From a bacterium (GTDB lineage Bacteria; Margulisbacteria; Marinamargulisbacteria; UBA817; JABISL01), in assembly GCA_018700055.1 (NCBI GenBank), contig JABISL010000050.1, forward strand, positions 99,946-163,945: 64,000 nucleotides of DNA, given 5' to 3'. Numbering within the stretch: the first letter of the stretch is position 1; every line of letters begins with the position of its first letter. A model generated the notes under the pieces. The model was given only the letters and a program-made list of their open reading frames with translations. It was not told the DNA's origin and searched no databases. The position numbers and the translations under genes were made by a program. This document shows positions 49,124 through 62,100 of the stretch, in pieces.

Positions 49124-52100
49124 ATGTGCACGATAATTAGCATGAACAAACAAATAAGCCCATTTATCGTATTAATGATGATCATTGGAATTTTCCTATT
49201 AAATCCAACAGCGACATTTGCAGGGTTTTCTAAAACTAACGCGAAAACTGCGTTGATGGCACAGTCTAAACAAGTCATATCATTACGCTATACATCTAAT
49301 AGTAAGACCCCTTCCTTTGTAAAAGGAAAATTTGCCTTTTCTCGTTTTCGAACTAAACAAAGTGTGGCGAAAGCCTTTATGGGATCTACATTGCCCAAGG
49401 CTTTGGGTTTAAAAAATGTGCGGTCTAGAAACTTTAAGCAAATCCGACAAATTCGTGATGCTCATAAACAACGTACTATTGTTCGGTTAAAACAAGACTA
49501 CGAAGGCATTCCTATTTTTGCCAGTGACGTCGCTGTACATATTTCAGATCAAAATGAAGTACTACTAACATCAGGACAGTTTCATGACATTCGATTGAAG
49601 ACTACCCGCCCCAAGATTTCAGGTCTTGATGCAACGAATATTAGTAACGGCTTGATCGGTAAATCCGGTAAGTCCGATCCTGCAACACTAGAAATATATA
49701 CGATTAATGGGAGTTCCCAATTAGTATGGCATGTCGTCACCAAGATCTCAGACCCCGTTGAAGAATGGCACTATTTAATTAATGCAGAAACGGGTAAGCG
49801 CGTTATCTTTTATAACAATATTCAAGACACCAAGCATCGCAAGACGCATGACGCCAATCATGGCTCATCCTTACCCGGAACATTGATCCTAGATGAAGAT
49901 CAAGGGACCTCCACTGATAACGAAATCAATACCGCTCATGATCATATGGGAACCACCTATGACTACTTTAAGGATACCTTTGATAGAGATAGTTATGATG
50001 ATAACGGGGCTATATTATCAACAACCGTTCATTATGGATCCAACTATGTAAATGCCTATTGGAATGGATCTCAATTAGTATTTGGGGATGGGAGTGGGAA
50101 TGTAGGTCCCCTCGGGAACGCGCTAGATATCGTCGCTCATGAATTGGGCCATGCGGTAACCTCACGAACAGGGAATATGACTTATTACAGTCAACCAGGG
50201 GCACTCAACGAATCCATGAGTGATTTTTGGGGGGCTATGGTGGATAGAGATGACTGGAATATGGGTGAAGATGCTTGGAGTCCGAATGACCCAAGTATAG
50301 CGCTGCGATATTTCGAAGACCCTACTCTAGGAAATCAGCCTGCTCATATGGATAATTACTATACCGGAACTGGTGATAACCAAGGTGTTCATATTAATAG
50401 TGGCATCCTAAACAAAGCGGCCTACTTAGTTGCTACCGCTATTACCAGAGAGAAAGCCGAAACAATCTACTACAGAGCGTTAACCACTTATTTCACTCAG
50501 AGCACTAATTTTTTGCAGGCCCGAACAGCACTCGAACAATCCGCAATCGATCTGTATGGGGATAACAGTTCCGAGTTACAGGCTGTGACGACTGCATTCG
50601 AAGCGGTAGGCATCATTCCCCCACCACCCCCAGCAGGTGATTTTGAAGGGATTTATTTTTCAGATCCTTATTCAACGCCTCACCCTTATACCGATAATAC
50701 AACGTACACGAAAACATACACTCACCCTGGCGCAGCGGCGATGAAGGTAGTGTTTACGAATACCAATGTTGAGGCAAACTATGACTTCATCCGAATAAAA
50801 AATGCGGATGGTCAGACAATCTATACCTATGATGGCAATTTAGGAGACTTTACCACCGGGCCTGTGAGTGGCGACACCATTACCGTTGAATTTATAACCG
50901 ATTATAGCGTTACCGGTTATGGATTTGATATCACTGGCTACCATGCGGACCTATCAATAGGAGATATGATTGATCCTGTGACTGACTTCAGTGCCATATC
51001 CACTGGAAATGTCGTCGACTTAACGTGGACTCTTCCAAGTAGCCCTATTTTAAATAATGTAGAGTTGAGACGAAAAACAAACGCAGACCCTGATAATCAT
51101 GGAACGAAGGTATTCGAGCAACTAACGTCAAATTTCACCGACGGCCCTTTAATTGAAAACACTACCTATTATTATGAGATTTATGCAGTGACAACCGCCA
51201 AGGATTATTCTGTCATTACTACTCTGAATGTTACGACGGTAAATAGGCCTCCCGCGGCACCTATAATGGCCATCGTAGAAACAAGTACGCGCAACGTGTC
51301 TCTGTCATGGACGAACCCTGAAGACCTCGACTTTAGAACTGTGGTTATTCGACGCAGTACCACTCACTCGCCTACATCCCTTACTGACGGAACGCATGTC
51401 AGTGAAGTGTTCGGAAACATCATTATCGACCATGGCCTGGACCCTGGTACCGACTATTTTTACAGTATCTTCGCCAAAGATGCGGGAGACCTCTATTCCA
51501 TTCCAGCAACCGCAAGTGTGACTACGCTTGGCATCAAGATCCCTGTACCTGAGAGTCCTGAATCTGAGCCTATTGAAATCGGCCAGATAAAACTCAATGG
51601 CGTAGACTTCACTGGTCAATCAAATGTCATCTCTACATTACCGAAAATCGAGTTTGATTTAAACTATCCTATAGATACAGCAATTGACGTCACCGTGCGT
51701 GTAAGAATTATGAAAGAGTCGTCACAAACACAGGCGCGGGCCTTTATGATTCAATCTACAAGCCCCCAAAAAATCACTCTAGATTTGAATGAGAACCACG
51801 GACTCGAGTTTAGTACCACGGCTCTAAATGACGCCTTGAAACCGAATACGGCCTATTATCTTGAAATCGATGTTGAGGACACCACTGGTATCCAACTAAC
51901 CTTCAGAACCAGCGCCTTTCAAACAGCAGCAGATATATTATCCGTAACCAATTTGTTAAATGGTCCCAATCCGTTTAACCCAAGTGCGGAATCTACAACC
52001 ATTCAATTCGAACTGGCCAAACAAGCCGATATATCTCTCTACATCTACAGCCTTAGTGGCCAACGGTTATGGACCAAAGAGATCTCTCAAGCAAACACCA

Positions 52101-52243
52101 TAATTGGAATGAATACGATCGATTGGAATGGAAAAGACCAAAGTGGACAGTATGCACCGAACGGAATGGTTGTTCTTTACTTCATCGCCAAAAATGAGAC
52201 CAAGACGATCAAACGAAAACTTAAAATAGGGGTCTTACGATGA
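49124..52243 (+). CDS. Secreted M4 (thermolysin-family) zinc metalloprotease with FN3/Ig-like repeats and a type-A T9SS-style C-terminal sorting domain
   Basis: HEXXH (VAHELGHAV) plus third-ligand box (NESMSDFWG). The C-terminus (NGPNPFNPSAESTTIQF..ISLYIYSLSGQ..TIDWNGKDQSGQYAPNGMVVLYFIA..KRKLKIGVLR) matches the Por-secretion CTD consensus. Confidence 0.8.
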   Translation: MCTIISMNKQISPFIVLMMIIGIFLLNPTATFAGFSKTNAKTALMAQSKQVISLRYTSNSKTPSFVKGKFAFSRFRTKQSVAKAFMGSTLPKALGLKNVRSRNFKQIRQIRDAHKQRTIVRLKQDYEGIPIFASDVAVHISDQNEVLLTSGQFHDIRLKTTRPKISGLDATNISNGLIGKSGKSDPATLEIYTINGSSQLVWHVVTKISDPVEEWHYLINAETGKRVIFYNNIQDTKHRKTHDANHGSSLPGTLILDEDQGTSTDNEINTAHDHMGTTYDYFKDTFDRDSYDDNGAILSTTVHYGSNYVNAYWNGSQLVFGDGSGNVGPLGNALDIVAHELGHAVTSRTGNMTYYSQPGALNESMSDFWGAMVDRDDWNMGEDAWSPNDPSIALRYFEDPTLGNQPAHMDNYYTGTGDNQGVHINSGILNKAAYLVATAITREKAETIYYRALTTYFTQSTNFLQARTALEQSAIDLYGDNSSELQAVTTAFEAVGIIPPPPPAGDFEGIYFSDPYSTPHPYTDNTTYTKTYTHPGAAAMKVVFTNTNVEANYDFIRIKNADGQTIYTYDGNLGDFTTGPVSGDTITVEFITDYSVTGYGFDITGYHADLSIGDMIDPVTDFSAISTGNVVDLTWTLPSSPILNNVELRRKTNADPDNHGTKVFEQLTSNFTDGPLIENTTYYYEIYAVTTAKDYSVITTLNVTTVNRPPAAPIMAIVETSTRNVSLSWTNPEDLDFRTVVIRRSTTHSPTSLTDGTHVSEVFGNIIIDHGLDPGTDYFYSIFAKDAGDLYSIPATASVTTLGIKIPVPESPESEPIEIGQIKLNGVDFTGQSNVISTLPKIEFDLNYPIDTAIDVTVRVRIMKESSQTQARAFMIQSTSPQKITLDLNENHGLEFSTTALNDALKPNTAYYLEIDVEDTTGIQLTFRTSAFQTAADILSVTNLLNGPNPFNPSAESTTIQFELAKQADISLYIYSLSGQRLWTKEISQANTIIGMNTIDWNGKDQSGQYAPNGMVVLYFIAKNETKTIKRKLKIGVLR

Positions 52244-53151
52244 GATATTATAAGCCTCTACTAGCCGCAATCCTGATCCTAAGTACCATCATCGCACCTG
52301 TATCAGCTGAGTCTAATGCGGCTGCGTTTCTAGATAAAAGCTCAACTGCCAGAGCCGCAAGTCTCGGTATGGCGTATGTAGCCATTGCAAATGACAATGC
52401 CTCAATCTATCTAAATCCAGCCGGTCTCAGCAATTACAAAGGAAAGTTCGGTTTGCATGCCATGGTCTTCGAGTCCATAGAAACAACCTACAGTTCTGTA
52501 GAATACATCCAGGATTTTGTGTTGGGTTCTAAACTAGGAATTGGGTATATCGGGGCTCGAATTGACGGGGCCATGCTCACCAGTTATGACGATTCTTCTA
52601 ACCAATATGTCGATACCGGCGAGTCTTTTGGTTATACCGGAGACGCCCTCCATCTAACGCTAAGCAAACAACTATTGAAAAAACTCCATGTCGGTGTAAC
52701 CGCTAAGGCAATCAGAGAAACTCTATTTAACAGTGAAGCCTTTGGGGTAGGTGCCGATGTCGGTGTGTTGTACATTCACCCCAAAAGCACTCTGCAAGTA
52801 GGAGCAACCCTACGAAACGCGATTGCACCTCAATTAAAATGGGATACCGGCACAACCATTTCGGCACCCCAAACCTTAGCAGTAGGGGCAAGTTACCGAC
52901 TGCTTAAAGACCAACTTCTAGTCAGTGCGGAACTCCAAAAACAAAATGATTTAGACCCTACACTCCACATCGGATCAGAGTATTTTATCAGTCCTTCTCT
53001 ACCGATTCGAGCAGGTATTAACGATAAAGATATCTCCCTAGGCGTTGGTGTAATAGTAGATGCCTTGTTATTCGATTATGCACTACTCATTCCAAATGAT
53101 GGCGATATCGTCGGAAACGAATCTAGGTTCTCAATTGGACTTAATCTATAG
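52240..53151 (+). CDS. FadL/PorV-like outer-membrane beta-barrel protein (303 aa), translationally coupled to the protease gene
   Basis: Signal peptide. N-terminal FadL-type motif (ARAASLGMAYVAIANDNASIYLNPAGLS). ATGA overlap with the upstream stop. Confidence 0.45.
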   Translation: MRYYKPLLAAILILSTIIAPVSAESNAAAFLDKSSTARAASLGMAYVAIANDNASIYLNPAGLSNYKGKFGLHAMVFESIETTYSSVEYIQDFVLGSKLGIGYIGARIDGAMLTSYDDSSNQYVDTGESFGYTGDALHLTLSKQLLKKLHVGVTAKAIRETLFNSEAFGVGADVGVLYIHPKSTLQVGATLRNAIAPQLKWDTGTTISAPQTLAVGASYRLLKDQLLVSAELQKQNDLDPTLHIGSEYFISPSLPIRAGINDKDISLGVGVIVDALLFDYALLIPNDGDIVGNESRFSIGLNL

Positions 53152-53164
53152 GTTTTATCGGTCT

Positions 53165-56100
53165 CTACTGATACCCCGCTCTGTTACGTCCACCAAGAGC
53201 GGCTGAGCCAGGTCGCACCATCTTCAACTTAGAGGGATCTACACTTTGTAGATCCACAAACTGTGTATTATGTTGAGCGGCTTGCTGCTGCTGAGCAAAT
53301 TGCTTTGTGTAAAACTGATCAGAAGAAGGTGTCTGGGCATGTCCTTTTACTCCTCCCAATGTATTAGGGGCATGAAAGGTCTGTCCCGTTTGCGCCGCTC
53401 GCAAATCAGCTGCTGTTCGTTTTGCATCATCTATTGATACACCTGATCTGCCAGGAGCTGATCCGAGAGTATTAAGGCGTCGAGTTGCGCTCATGGCCGC
53501 ATCACCTTGTTGATTTGCACCAAGTACACTTCCTGCCTGTTTTACACTTATCTTAGATGGACGCGTAGCATTAGGATTACTCAAAGAGTTATTGGGTAAT
53601 CCCCCCTCAGATTGGGAGTTCATCATTCCTTGGTTATTGGAATGATTCACTACAGGTGTTTTCGTTGGGATCTGTCGAGGTGTCGTCTGAGGAGACGGTT
53701 GCGAGGACGCTGACTGACTACTCGCCTCTGGAATAACCACCGGGGCGGGTACCGTTGGTACAGCACCTGGTGACTGGCCATTACTCACCCGTTTAAGATA
53801 GTCCACTTGAGCCTTCATATAACCTTTCGCCCATCCATCACTTTTGTCTGAGTTGCCACCTCTTCTTTCAAGGGTATTGGTATAGCTATTATGTAACAAA
53901 TAGATCGGGAGCGGCTCCAGTGGGATATCGTACTCATCCCCTTTGTAGCTTGTGTTTGACGGGTTCGGTTTCATGTCCCTAACCTCTAGTCCCACATAGT
54001 TGCCGCCCAATTCCTCATTCTTGTTAACCTCAACCAGGGCATACTGCCTAAAATTTTCTCGTTGTCCTTTCTTAGTAAGCGAATATGTAATGGCAGTCAT
54101 TCTTTTTTTATTAATGTTGAGCTTTATGTTCACCGTTAACGTTCGGCTTTCATCTCTGTTATGGAGTCCCGATACATTTCCATCGAGGCCATTAGCTTTT
54201 AAATAGGCGCGTTGATTATCGATGGCCTGAATTGATTCGTTGCCCCAATCCGTTAACCAAGGTGCCCCTGTCGCCATGTCTGATTGATTGAGACGTCCCG
54301 CAAAAAGTAGAATTCGTTGCCACGTGGCTTCGTGATTATCATATTCTGTTCTTAGTGCAGAGGCCACTTTCCATCCAGGCACATTTTCTTCTTTCGCTTG
54401 ATAGGCTTTCTTATACTCATTTTCTGCTGTTTGTTTTGCTGTGCTAGCAGCATTAAAAATATTCTCTGGGTTTTTTTCGCCTTTTTTTCGCGATTGTCCC
54501 CGGTTATTGTCTTCTAGGTTTCTACCCACATTATCATTATAAGCTTTGTGTACCTCTTTAGCTTCCTCAAATTTACGGTTCGCACTCATCATTGTCGCGT
54601 GTGCTTGCTTGTAGTTGGCAACAACGTTGTTATGGGCTCTTTCCTTCTCTGAATCAACTTGCGGTCGTCCTCCTATACTCTTAATCCAGTCGCTCCACTC
54701 GAAGGGCTTGCCTATGGCTGAAGGGTCATCCGATTTGAGAATGCATCGCTCTTGGATGTCGATCAGTGATAGTCCTTCTGGAAGCGTCTCTTGATCAATC
54801 AATGAACTGGCTTCTCGTGGCGATAATAAGACCATTTTGATTGGGTTTCCGCCATTTTTTTTATCCTCTCGTTTGTCCATTAGTAAATATCGAGGTGTGG
54901 CTACGATAGCATCACTCTCGGCTAAATCTGCGAATGACTTGGAAACAGCAAAGTCGTTTAATTCTTCGAATCTAAAAGCGCTACCCCCTATTTGGGATAA
55001 TCGTTGGTGCCCAAATACATTTTTGGAATGACCATTCAGCCCCAATATACTTATTTGTGCATTTCGCACGTTCACTACTTTTCCCCCGGTTTTGGCAGTA
55101 ATCGGTACCATAGGTCCAAACAGGCTGTCTTGGGATAAGGGCCTCTCTGCGTGTGGAACGCCCTCTATAGACCTCGGTGAGTCGCCAAAGATGTCTAGAC
55201 TTTGTTGGTTCTGCACCTGGGTTTCCATTTGCTCCTGAGTTTGACCCATCGCTTCCTGTTGCGTCTCAACTTGAGTTACGGCTTCTTGGGTTGTATCCAG
55301 TTCCAACTCTTGCTCCTGCCCCTCTTGTTCCTGGACCTGCTCTTGAGTCATCTTAGGGGTCCCGTCATCTTTCATGCGCTCATTCAGCAATCCTTGCTCT
55401 TTTAATTTTTTCTCTCGATAATTCAAAGCTTTGTTCATTTCAGTCATAAACCTTTGTTGGTCTGATTGGGTTACGTTTAGCGCTTTAATTTTTTCTGTGT
55501 ATTTGGCTTTTAGCTTGGTCATCAGGCTCGCATAGGTTGGGGGTTGATTAACCGTTTGATAGGCCTCAAAGGCATCCTCTGAGTAGGTCGAAAATTGAGA
55601 TTGCTCGTTAGAATAATCGCCCTCTACGTTAGTGGCTCTAGACTCTCCAGCCACCTTCAAAAATAAGGCTTCTAAAACCGGTTCCGTCTCCCGCATCATA
55701 TGGTTGGTTCGCAGTACCTTCTGACTATTGATGGCTGCTGCAGCAATAAGGTTTCCTCTTGTCAGACCTTTTCCTGCTAAGCCTTGCAGTGTCTTAAGGG
55801 TACTATTGGGCACTATAAACTCATACATGGCATGAGTCTGCCCTCTTTTTTTGTCCATACGGCCGGCTCGGCCCATCATTTGATTAAGCTCATCCTGTGA
55901 AAGGGTCTCCATATCGCAGTTGGCCAATAGTCGATGATTCATTTGAAGCACTTCTGGCGCACTAAATCCGCGAGTCGCCTTGGGGCCACCAAAGATAATA
56001 TAGTTTTGTTTTTTGGGATCAAAATCGGGGTCTTTTCTCCCGAGTAGTGTTTTGTAGTCAATGACCTCATAGGTCACCTGCCCATTATTGCCCCTTTTAG

Positions 56101-59100
56101 GGATCACTACCTTTTTAATGGCCTCGCCGCCTTCGGGAGGGACATAACGAATCACAACGCCATCTAACTTGATTCTATTATTTGTCCCATTTAGCAACTG
56201 CAAAAACGCCTTGGCCATGTCTTCGTCACTCTTCGCAAATGACTTGCGAGCATCTAAGACCACTTGGATTGGATGGTCTGTCCCAAAGCTCTCACTCACT
56301 CGTGTTGCCATATTATTGAATAATGTTTGGCTATCATAGTTGTCGTCTACAGCGGTAAGCGTCTCCGTTCTATTATTATTATTTGTCCTTAACAGATCCA
56401 TTCGCTCAGCGGCACTAGTATCTTCCGCTACTTCACGATCATATTCTTGAAGAAGATCTCCAGTGGCAGTCAGTCCATAATCAGCCTTCACCATATGTCG
56501 CATATCATTCGGAGTGGTTACAAACACCCGTTTGGATCGAGGGATACCTGTCTTGATGATGGTCTCCCAAACCACACGGAGGGCCGCGGGGTCTTTATTT
56601 AATTCGGGCAATATTTCTTGTTTCATCGCCGGAGTCATCATCATCTTGATGATGTCGGAGGTCTCAGAAGCGGTAGCCTCGATCTGCTCATTAATTTGCT
56701 CTGCAATGGATACGATCATAGGATTAGGGTGATTAAGATAGGCAACATATTCCTCTGCCATATAACCAATAAAGTGCTTATATTGGGCATCGGTAGTAAT
56801 TCCTTTCGCCATTAGTGAATTGAACGTAGCAAAGGCTACATCCTCAATCTCACTATATTGATTGGCTGTTTTTTCACCCCCATCCAGGCCGGTAGCATAG
56901 ATCTGGTCTCTTACCCCATAATGTCGATCCACTTCTTGTCCCAATTGCGAGGTTAATGACTTGATGGATGCGATAGCAAAAAGCACTTGTTCTTTGATTT
57001 GTTTTAATTGGGGATTGTTTGGTCCCATCACATCTTTGAATAGTGTCTCTTCAATGAACGACGTTTCATTGTCAGATAACTTTCTACCTCTACCTTGAGC
57101 GGTTACTAAGGTTCCTGTCATGAGAGCCGTGAATAAGTCTTTTAAGGTAACATTATTAAGTGAGCCTACGTCTTGTTTCATTAACCCATCGACAGTGGTG
57201 TTGGCCAATCCACTATGAATAGTCGGCAGCATATCGTTAAAAAGAGCCTCCTGTAATTGGGTCACGGCTTGCGGGTTCCCTGGCATTAGTCGATATCCAC
57301 TGCCAGGTGTTGCTATGATTCTGTGCTGTTTGGCTCGGGCAGTAAATTGATCAACTAACCCACTAAGAATAGAGGCTTGGTCCTGATTTAAATTGGATGG
57401 CTCTCTACTCTGAGCATCATTATATGTTTCTCTTAAGGTCTGAGTTGCGGCATTCACTGCATCCGCTTCATCGGTGATTAGTGTGGTATTTTTTAGTGCC
57501 ACCATAATCTCTCCAAGTAACTTGGCCGCCTCTGTTCCAGCGCCAGTTTTATTCTTTTCATGAAGGATAATATTGTTGAGATTATTTAGTGATTTGAGTG
57601 CCGTTGGCGCCATGGCATACGAGAATCCAGCATCTCTTACAAACAGACTATGCAGGTGCCTGATATAGGGTAACGATCTTTTGGCGTCTGATTTGGATGG
57701 CGGAGCGATGCTTATGACCTCCAAATGTCTAACGAGACCCTTCGTATTTTCATTGATTTCTTGTGCGGTCACATCGGCTAGCGGGCTAATTAGAATGCTC
57801 CGTTTATGAGCAGCAAGAAGTGCTGGTACCGCTTGGGAGGATTTTCCGGACCCCGTCCCTGCAATCCCAATATCTACTTGAGAAGAGCTGCTCGAGGGGT
57901 CGGTGAGTAAATATTGAAAGTCATCCACCGCGCCAGCGACTAAACGAATCACTAAGGCCGCTTGTTCTGGTGTTCCTCGGAACCCATTGGCATGTTCCAT
58001 CCCCATAAACGACAAAAGTAGCTTCTGCATAACGGGGTCATCGCCGCGTTCCAACAATCGATCTAGTCGATATCCTCGTGGCCTATCCAAGTACTGATTG
58101 AGTTCGGTGTGCGCTTCGTTAGATACTACATTCTGAAAAACCGATGGCGGTGCAATAAGCCGGTCTACTTGTGATATACACTGCTTCCTATGATTGTGGT
58201 CCGTATCTACAATGAGGTATCGCATAGCAAGGTTTACAACCCGTTGGCGATCTTGATCATGCAACACTAGTGTAGGATCAAGTTCCCAAAGCCCTTCTTC
58301 CTCTCTGAGGACAATTTTGAGAATATCATCGATGGACCACTCTTTTTTCTGGGCATTGCTGGTCACAGCCGCTACACTCAGAATCGCCTTCATGTCTGCT
58401 TCTATTCGTCCTTTTTCTTCCGTTTCTAAAGCCCCTTGCTTAGTGAGTTCTGACTTCATCCCTTTTAATTGGGCCTGACTATAGTTAGTCTGGCTAGTCC
58501 ATCCAGGAATTCCAGTGAGCGCTGTTGCCACCGTCCTAGTGTACCCTTCTGCCCATGTGAGTAGGCCTTCATTCCGAGGTGCGTCCGTTCCTGTATTCTG
58601 TTTTAGCTCTGATGTTTTTCCAGCAATATAACGGTTTACATCATTTTGATATTTAATATCCGGGTCTATTGGATCTGACGTATAGGGCATGATCTCAAGT
58701 TGGCTATTATTGGATAGCCATTCACCCATCTGAACCAGCATTTTTAAATCCAGCTTAGTACTGGCTGAGTCACGTAGGTCCTCTTTCCCATAATTTGCTA
58801 CAACCGCTACAAAATGATTCTTCGCTGCATCAACAATTTGTTGGCTTGGTAGTGCCTGGGTATAGTTACGGTGTAATAGTTGTGAAAAAAACTGGAGCAT
58901 CATTTTGGAATGATCTATGCCGGAACCAATATTTGATAAGGACATTACCCATTCTTCCTCTGTCTCGTTTAAGGAACGAGTAGCCCAATTAGCCATCAAT
59001 TGGTCGGTATGCCCTTTCCAATCTGGAGTACCGCCATTATCAATAACCTGACCTAATTCTTTGTTAATTGTTCGCCATTTACTTAGGCGGGATCCTTGAT

Positions 59101-62100
59101 TAGTTGTGTATCCCTGGATAGTTTTTAGGTTTTCTAATTTGCTCGGATCCAATCCCAAACAGTCTCCAAACTCAACCAAGACACCTAGTCCTTGAGCCTT
59201 GGTAGTTGCCCACTGGTGGTCTCTTAGCGCTTGGTACATATCTCCGTTTTCACCATTTTTTTCGTCCTTAAGGACTGTATTACACACCATGTAAATCGCG
59301 AAGCCATTCAGTGCTTTGAGCTGTTTCTCGGAATTATATAACGCCCCTTGAGATAGCGCTTTAAAAACGATCATGGCCACCATCGCTTGGTATTGAACCG
59401 GTTTAGATCCACTTGTTGTAGCTAGATTATTAATCCAATCGATCTCCTCTGTCGTCAACTTGCGATTGGTAGGAGTGCTCGATAGACACTTGAGGGCCTC
59501 TGTTATTCCGCCATCTTCGGCCAATATCTGGGCTACTTCCCATTGCTGGACGCGTGAACTACTCTGAAGTCGATCCACTTGAGTCGCACTGCCATTATAA
59601 GTCCATAACTTGGGTGGGTTCCCTTTAACATTGGGAATCAGAGTCCGTTTTGCATGGCTAACAGTATTCTCCAAAGAAATCATGGCTGGACCATCCTTAA
59701 GATGGATTTCCGTTACGCTCTCATTAACTTGCGCCCCTGTTTTGGGATCTTGAGTGACTCTGAGTAATTGCGTTCCGTTTACCAAAAATCGTTCCTTGAG
59801 ACGTGGTAGCAAAACCTCCGTTGGCGTGTTTCCAGGAGGCTGCCATACTTGAATATTCGACAGCTCACGTTCTATAGTACGCATCACTTTTATGGCTAGT
59901 GCGTCAGGGTTCGTGGTTTGCAAGACAGCGCCATCTTCGGCACGTCTTATTACCCCATCGTCTGAAATAGCGTAATCGACCTGTGCATTCGGCCCGGCCT
60001 GTTTATCCATTAAAATTATTCTAGATCCAATATTGGGATCCACTACCTTCCAACAATGATGGGTATCTAGAATGGATTGGGGAATGCCTGGAGGATGGTC
60101 TTTTGGGGCCATAAATTGTATATCACCAAAAGAAGCATAGGTTCGTTGGATAACTAGTTCACCATCGGCAGCGTTTAGGGGACTATAAAAAAGAGTGTCG
60201 TTATCCTTGGCTCTATATAAGTTAAATCTAGCCGCATCCGTATTGGGTTTGGCATATCCACGTGCCAAAGGAATTTTTTTATTGCCATACAATGCCTTAT
60301 AGACGGCGCTATTAGTCACTTCCAGTGGCGGACGAGTGAGTGGTCTACCATCCACTAATAGTCCATCGTAGATATTCCAAACTAAGCTCCCTTTATTTGC
60401 CGAAAAGACCCCGGATCCAAGATTGGTCCATTGATTGCTACTTGAGGTATTCACTGGTAATTCAATGCCGTTAATGGCCGCTAGCGGAAGTGCTTTATTT
60501 AGCAAGTCCGTATTCGTAAGTATCTTCGCTTCCACAATTTTACTCAGCATCGGCTCTAATCTAGTGAAGGCCATTGTCGCTTGAGCCGCCAAGTGCGCTA
60601 GTTCTTTGGGTAGACTACCTGTTTTCGGATCTATTAATTCATCTCTACTGGCTTCTATGTTTTCTTTGGCTTTTAGGATCTGCATCGTGATGTCTACTCG
60701 TTCTCCGACAGTGGTTTCTTGATTTACTAACTGATGCGACAGATCCATGAGTCTATAGGTTCCTTGCAAGAACTGAGCCTTCCCCCCACTTTTCCTAGCC
60801 AATGTTGTCATGACTTGATTCCATTCTGCGTTAAATTTTCCTAGCGCATTTAGCGCAATATGTCGGACATTACCATTGGCAGACTGCATTCCCTTCTGGC
60901 AAGCCAGTTTGGCAAAATACAAGGTCTGCAGTGCCTTAGAATAGTTACCCGCCATATTGATGGGTATCGCATTGTCACATACCTCTACTAAAGCTGACAT
61001 TGTGTAGGGGGTAAGCTCATTTGAATTGCCCAAGATGTCGTTTTCGGTCATTTTTTGAAAAAACATCTCTGCGATATCTAGTTTCTTCATATCTTGCGGG
61101 TTGGCTTTGGCCCACGACACTAACTCATGCAGAACTAATCCCTTGTTGGTTGTATTAAAAAAGGCGATCTTGGCGGACTGAACGCCCAATCGTTTGAGAA
61201 AAATTTCCATCGAGTGACTATCACTAAAATGGCCTAGTTGCATTAAGATCTCGGGGTTCGCAGTTAGTGTGTCTTCATCATATTTAACTCTGTACGCCCC
61301 CTCTTTTTGAGTCACTCTTATATTATTTGGGATGTAGGCTTTATTCCCTACTTGGATGCGAACGCCCTTCTCAAAGTTGGTGACTATGGAGAGGTCTCTC
61401 GCCATGGGAACTAGCTGAACGTCCTTCTTATAATTATCGCTCCATTTTATAAAAGGATCTGAGAGAAGTATTGCCGCTGTTGTCATCTGGCTCATTTTTG
61501 TTCCATATAATAACAACCCATCAACTCTATTAACCTTTTGTTGTGTAATAGCTTCTATTTCTGCAAAGCTTGCGGCTTTATTTAGCGCCTTTGTATTAGT
61601 GCGAAGTTGATCTATATCTTTTTGGGAATTGGCTTTGATCGGACCCACAATGTCATTATAGGAAGGAATTCTGGCTGCCCCCTCCATTGCCACTCTTATC
61701 CGCTCACCGGAAAAGGATGTTCTGGGAAGTTGGTCCAGTTGGGCAAGTATGTGCGCTATCCCTAGAATCTCAACCTTATGTTGGATACAAAAGGCTAGGG
61801 TTAGTAGGTTTTGTTGGTACGTTACTGTGTTTTTTAACGCACTATCCGATCCGTTAAATTCCGCTCTATAGTTGAAATGTATTTGGGTTATGGTTTGTTG
61901 AAGCTGTTGAAATTCGGACGTTAGGTCCATTTCAACCCATTCTGATTGCAATCCAGACGCCTCTTCTATTAGTGTTTCTGTCAGTCGAGTTATCGCTCCC
62001 ATGGCGGCTTGAAGCTGATCTGGTTTCTGAGCTGACTTTTTTAAGTGTTGGGTCATGGATGACATATAAGCTTTTATATCCGCCTTATGTGCCGCAACAT

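Noticed and set aside
54000-58983. Multiple 60-70-aa plus-strand ORFs inside the giant minus-strand gene
   Set aside because: They lie inside a 10.8-kb uninterrupted ORF carrying helicase motifs. Antisense short ORFs are expected by chance.
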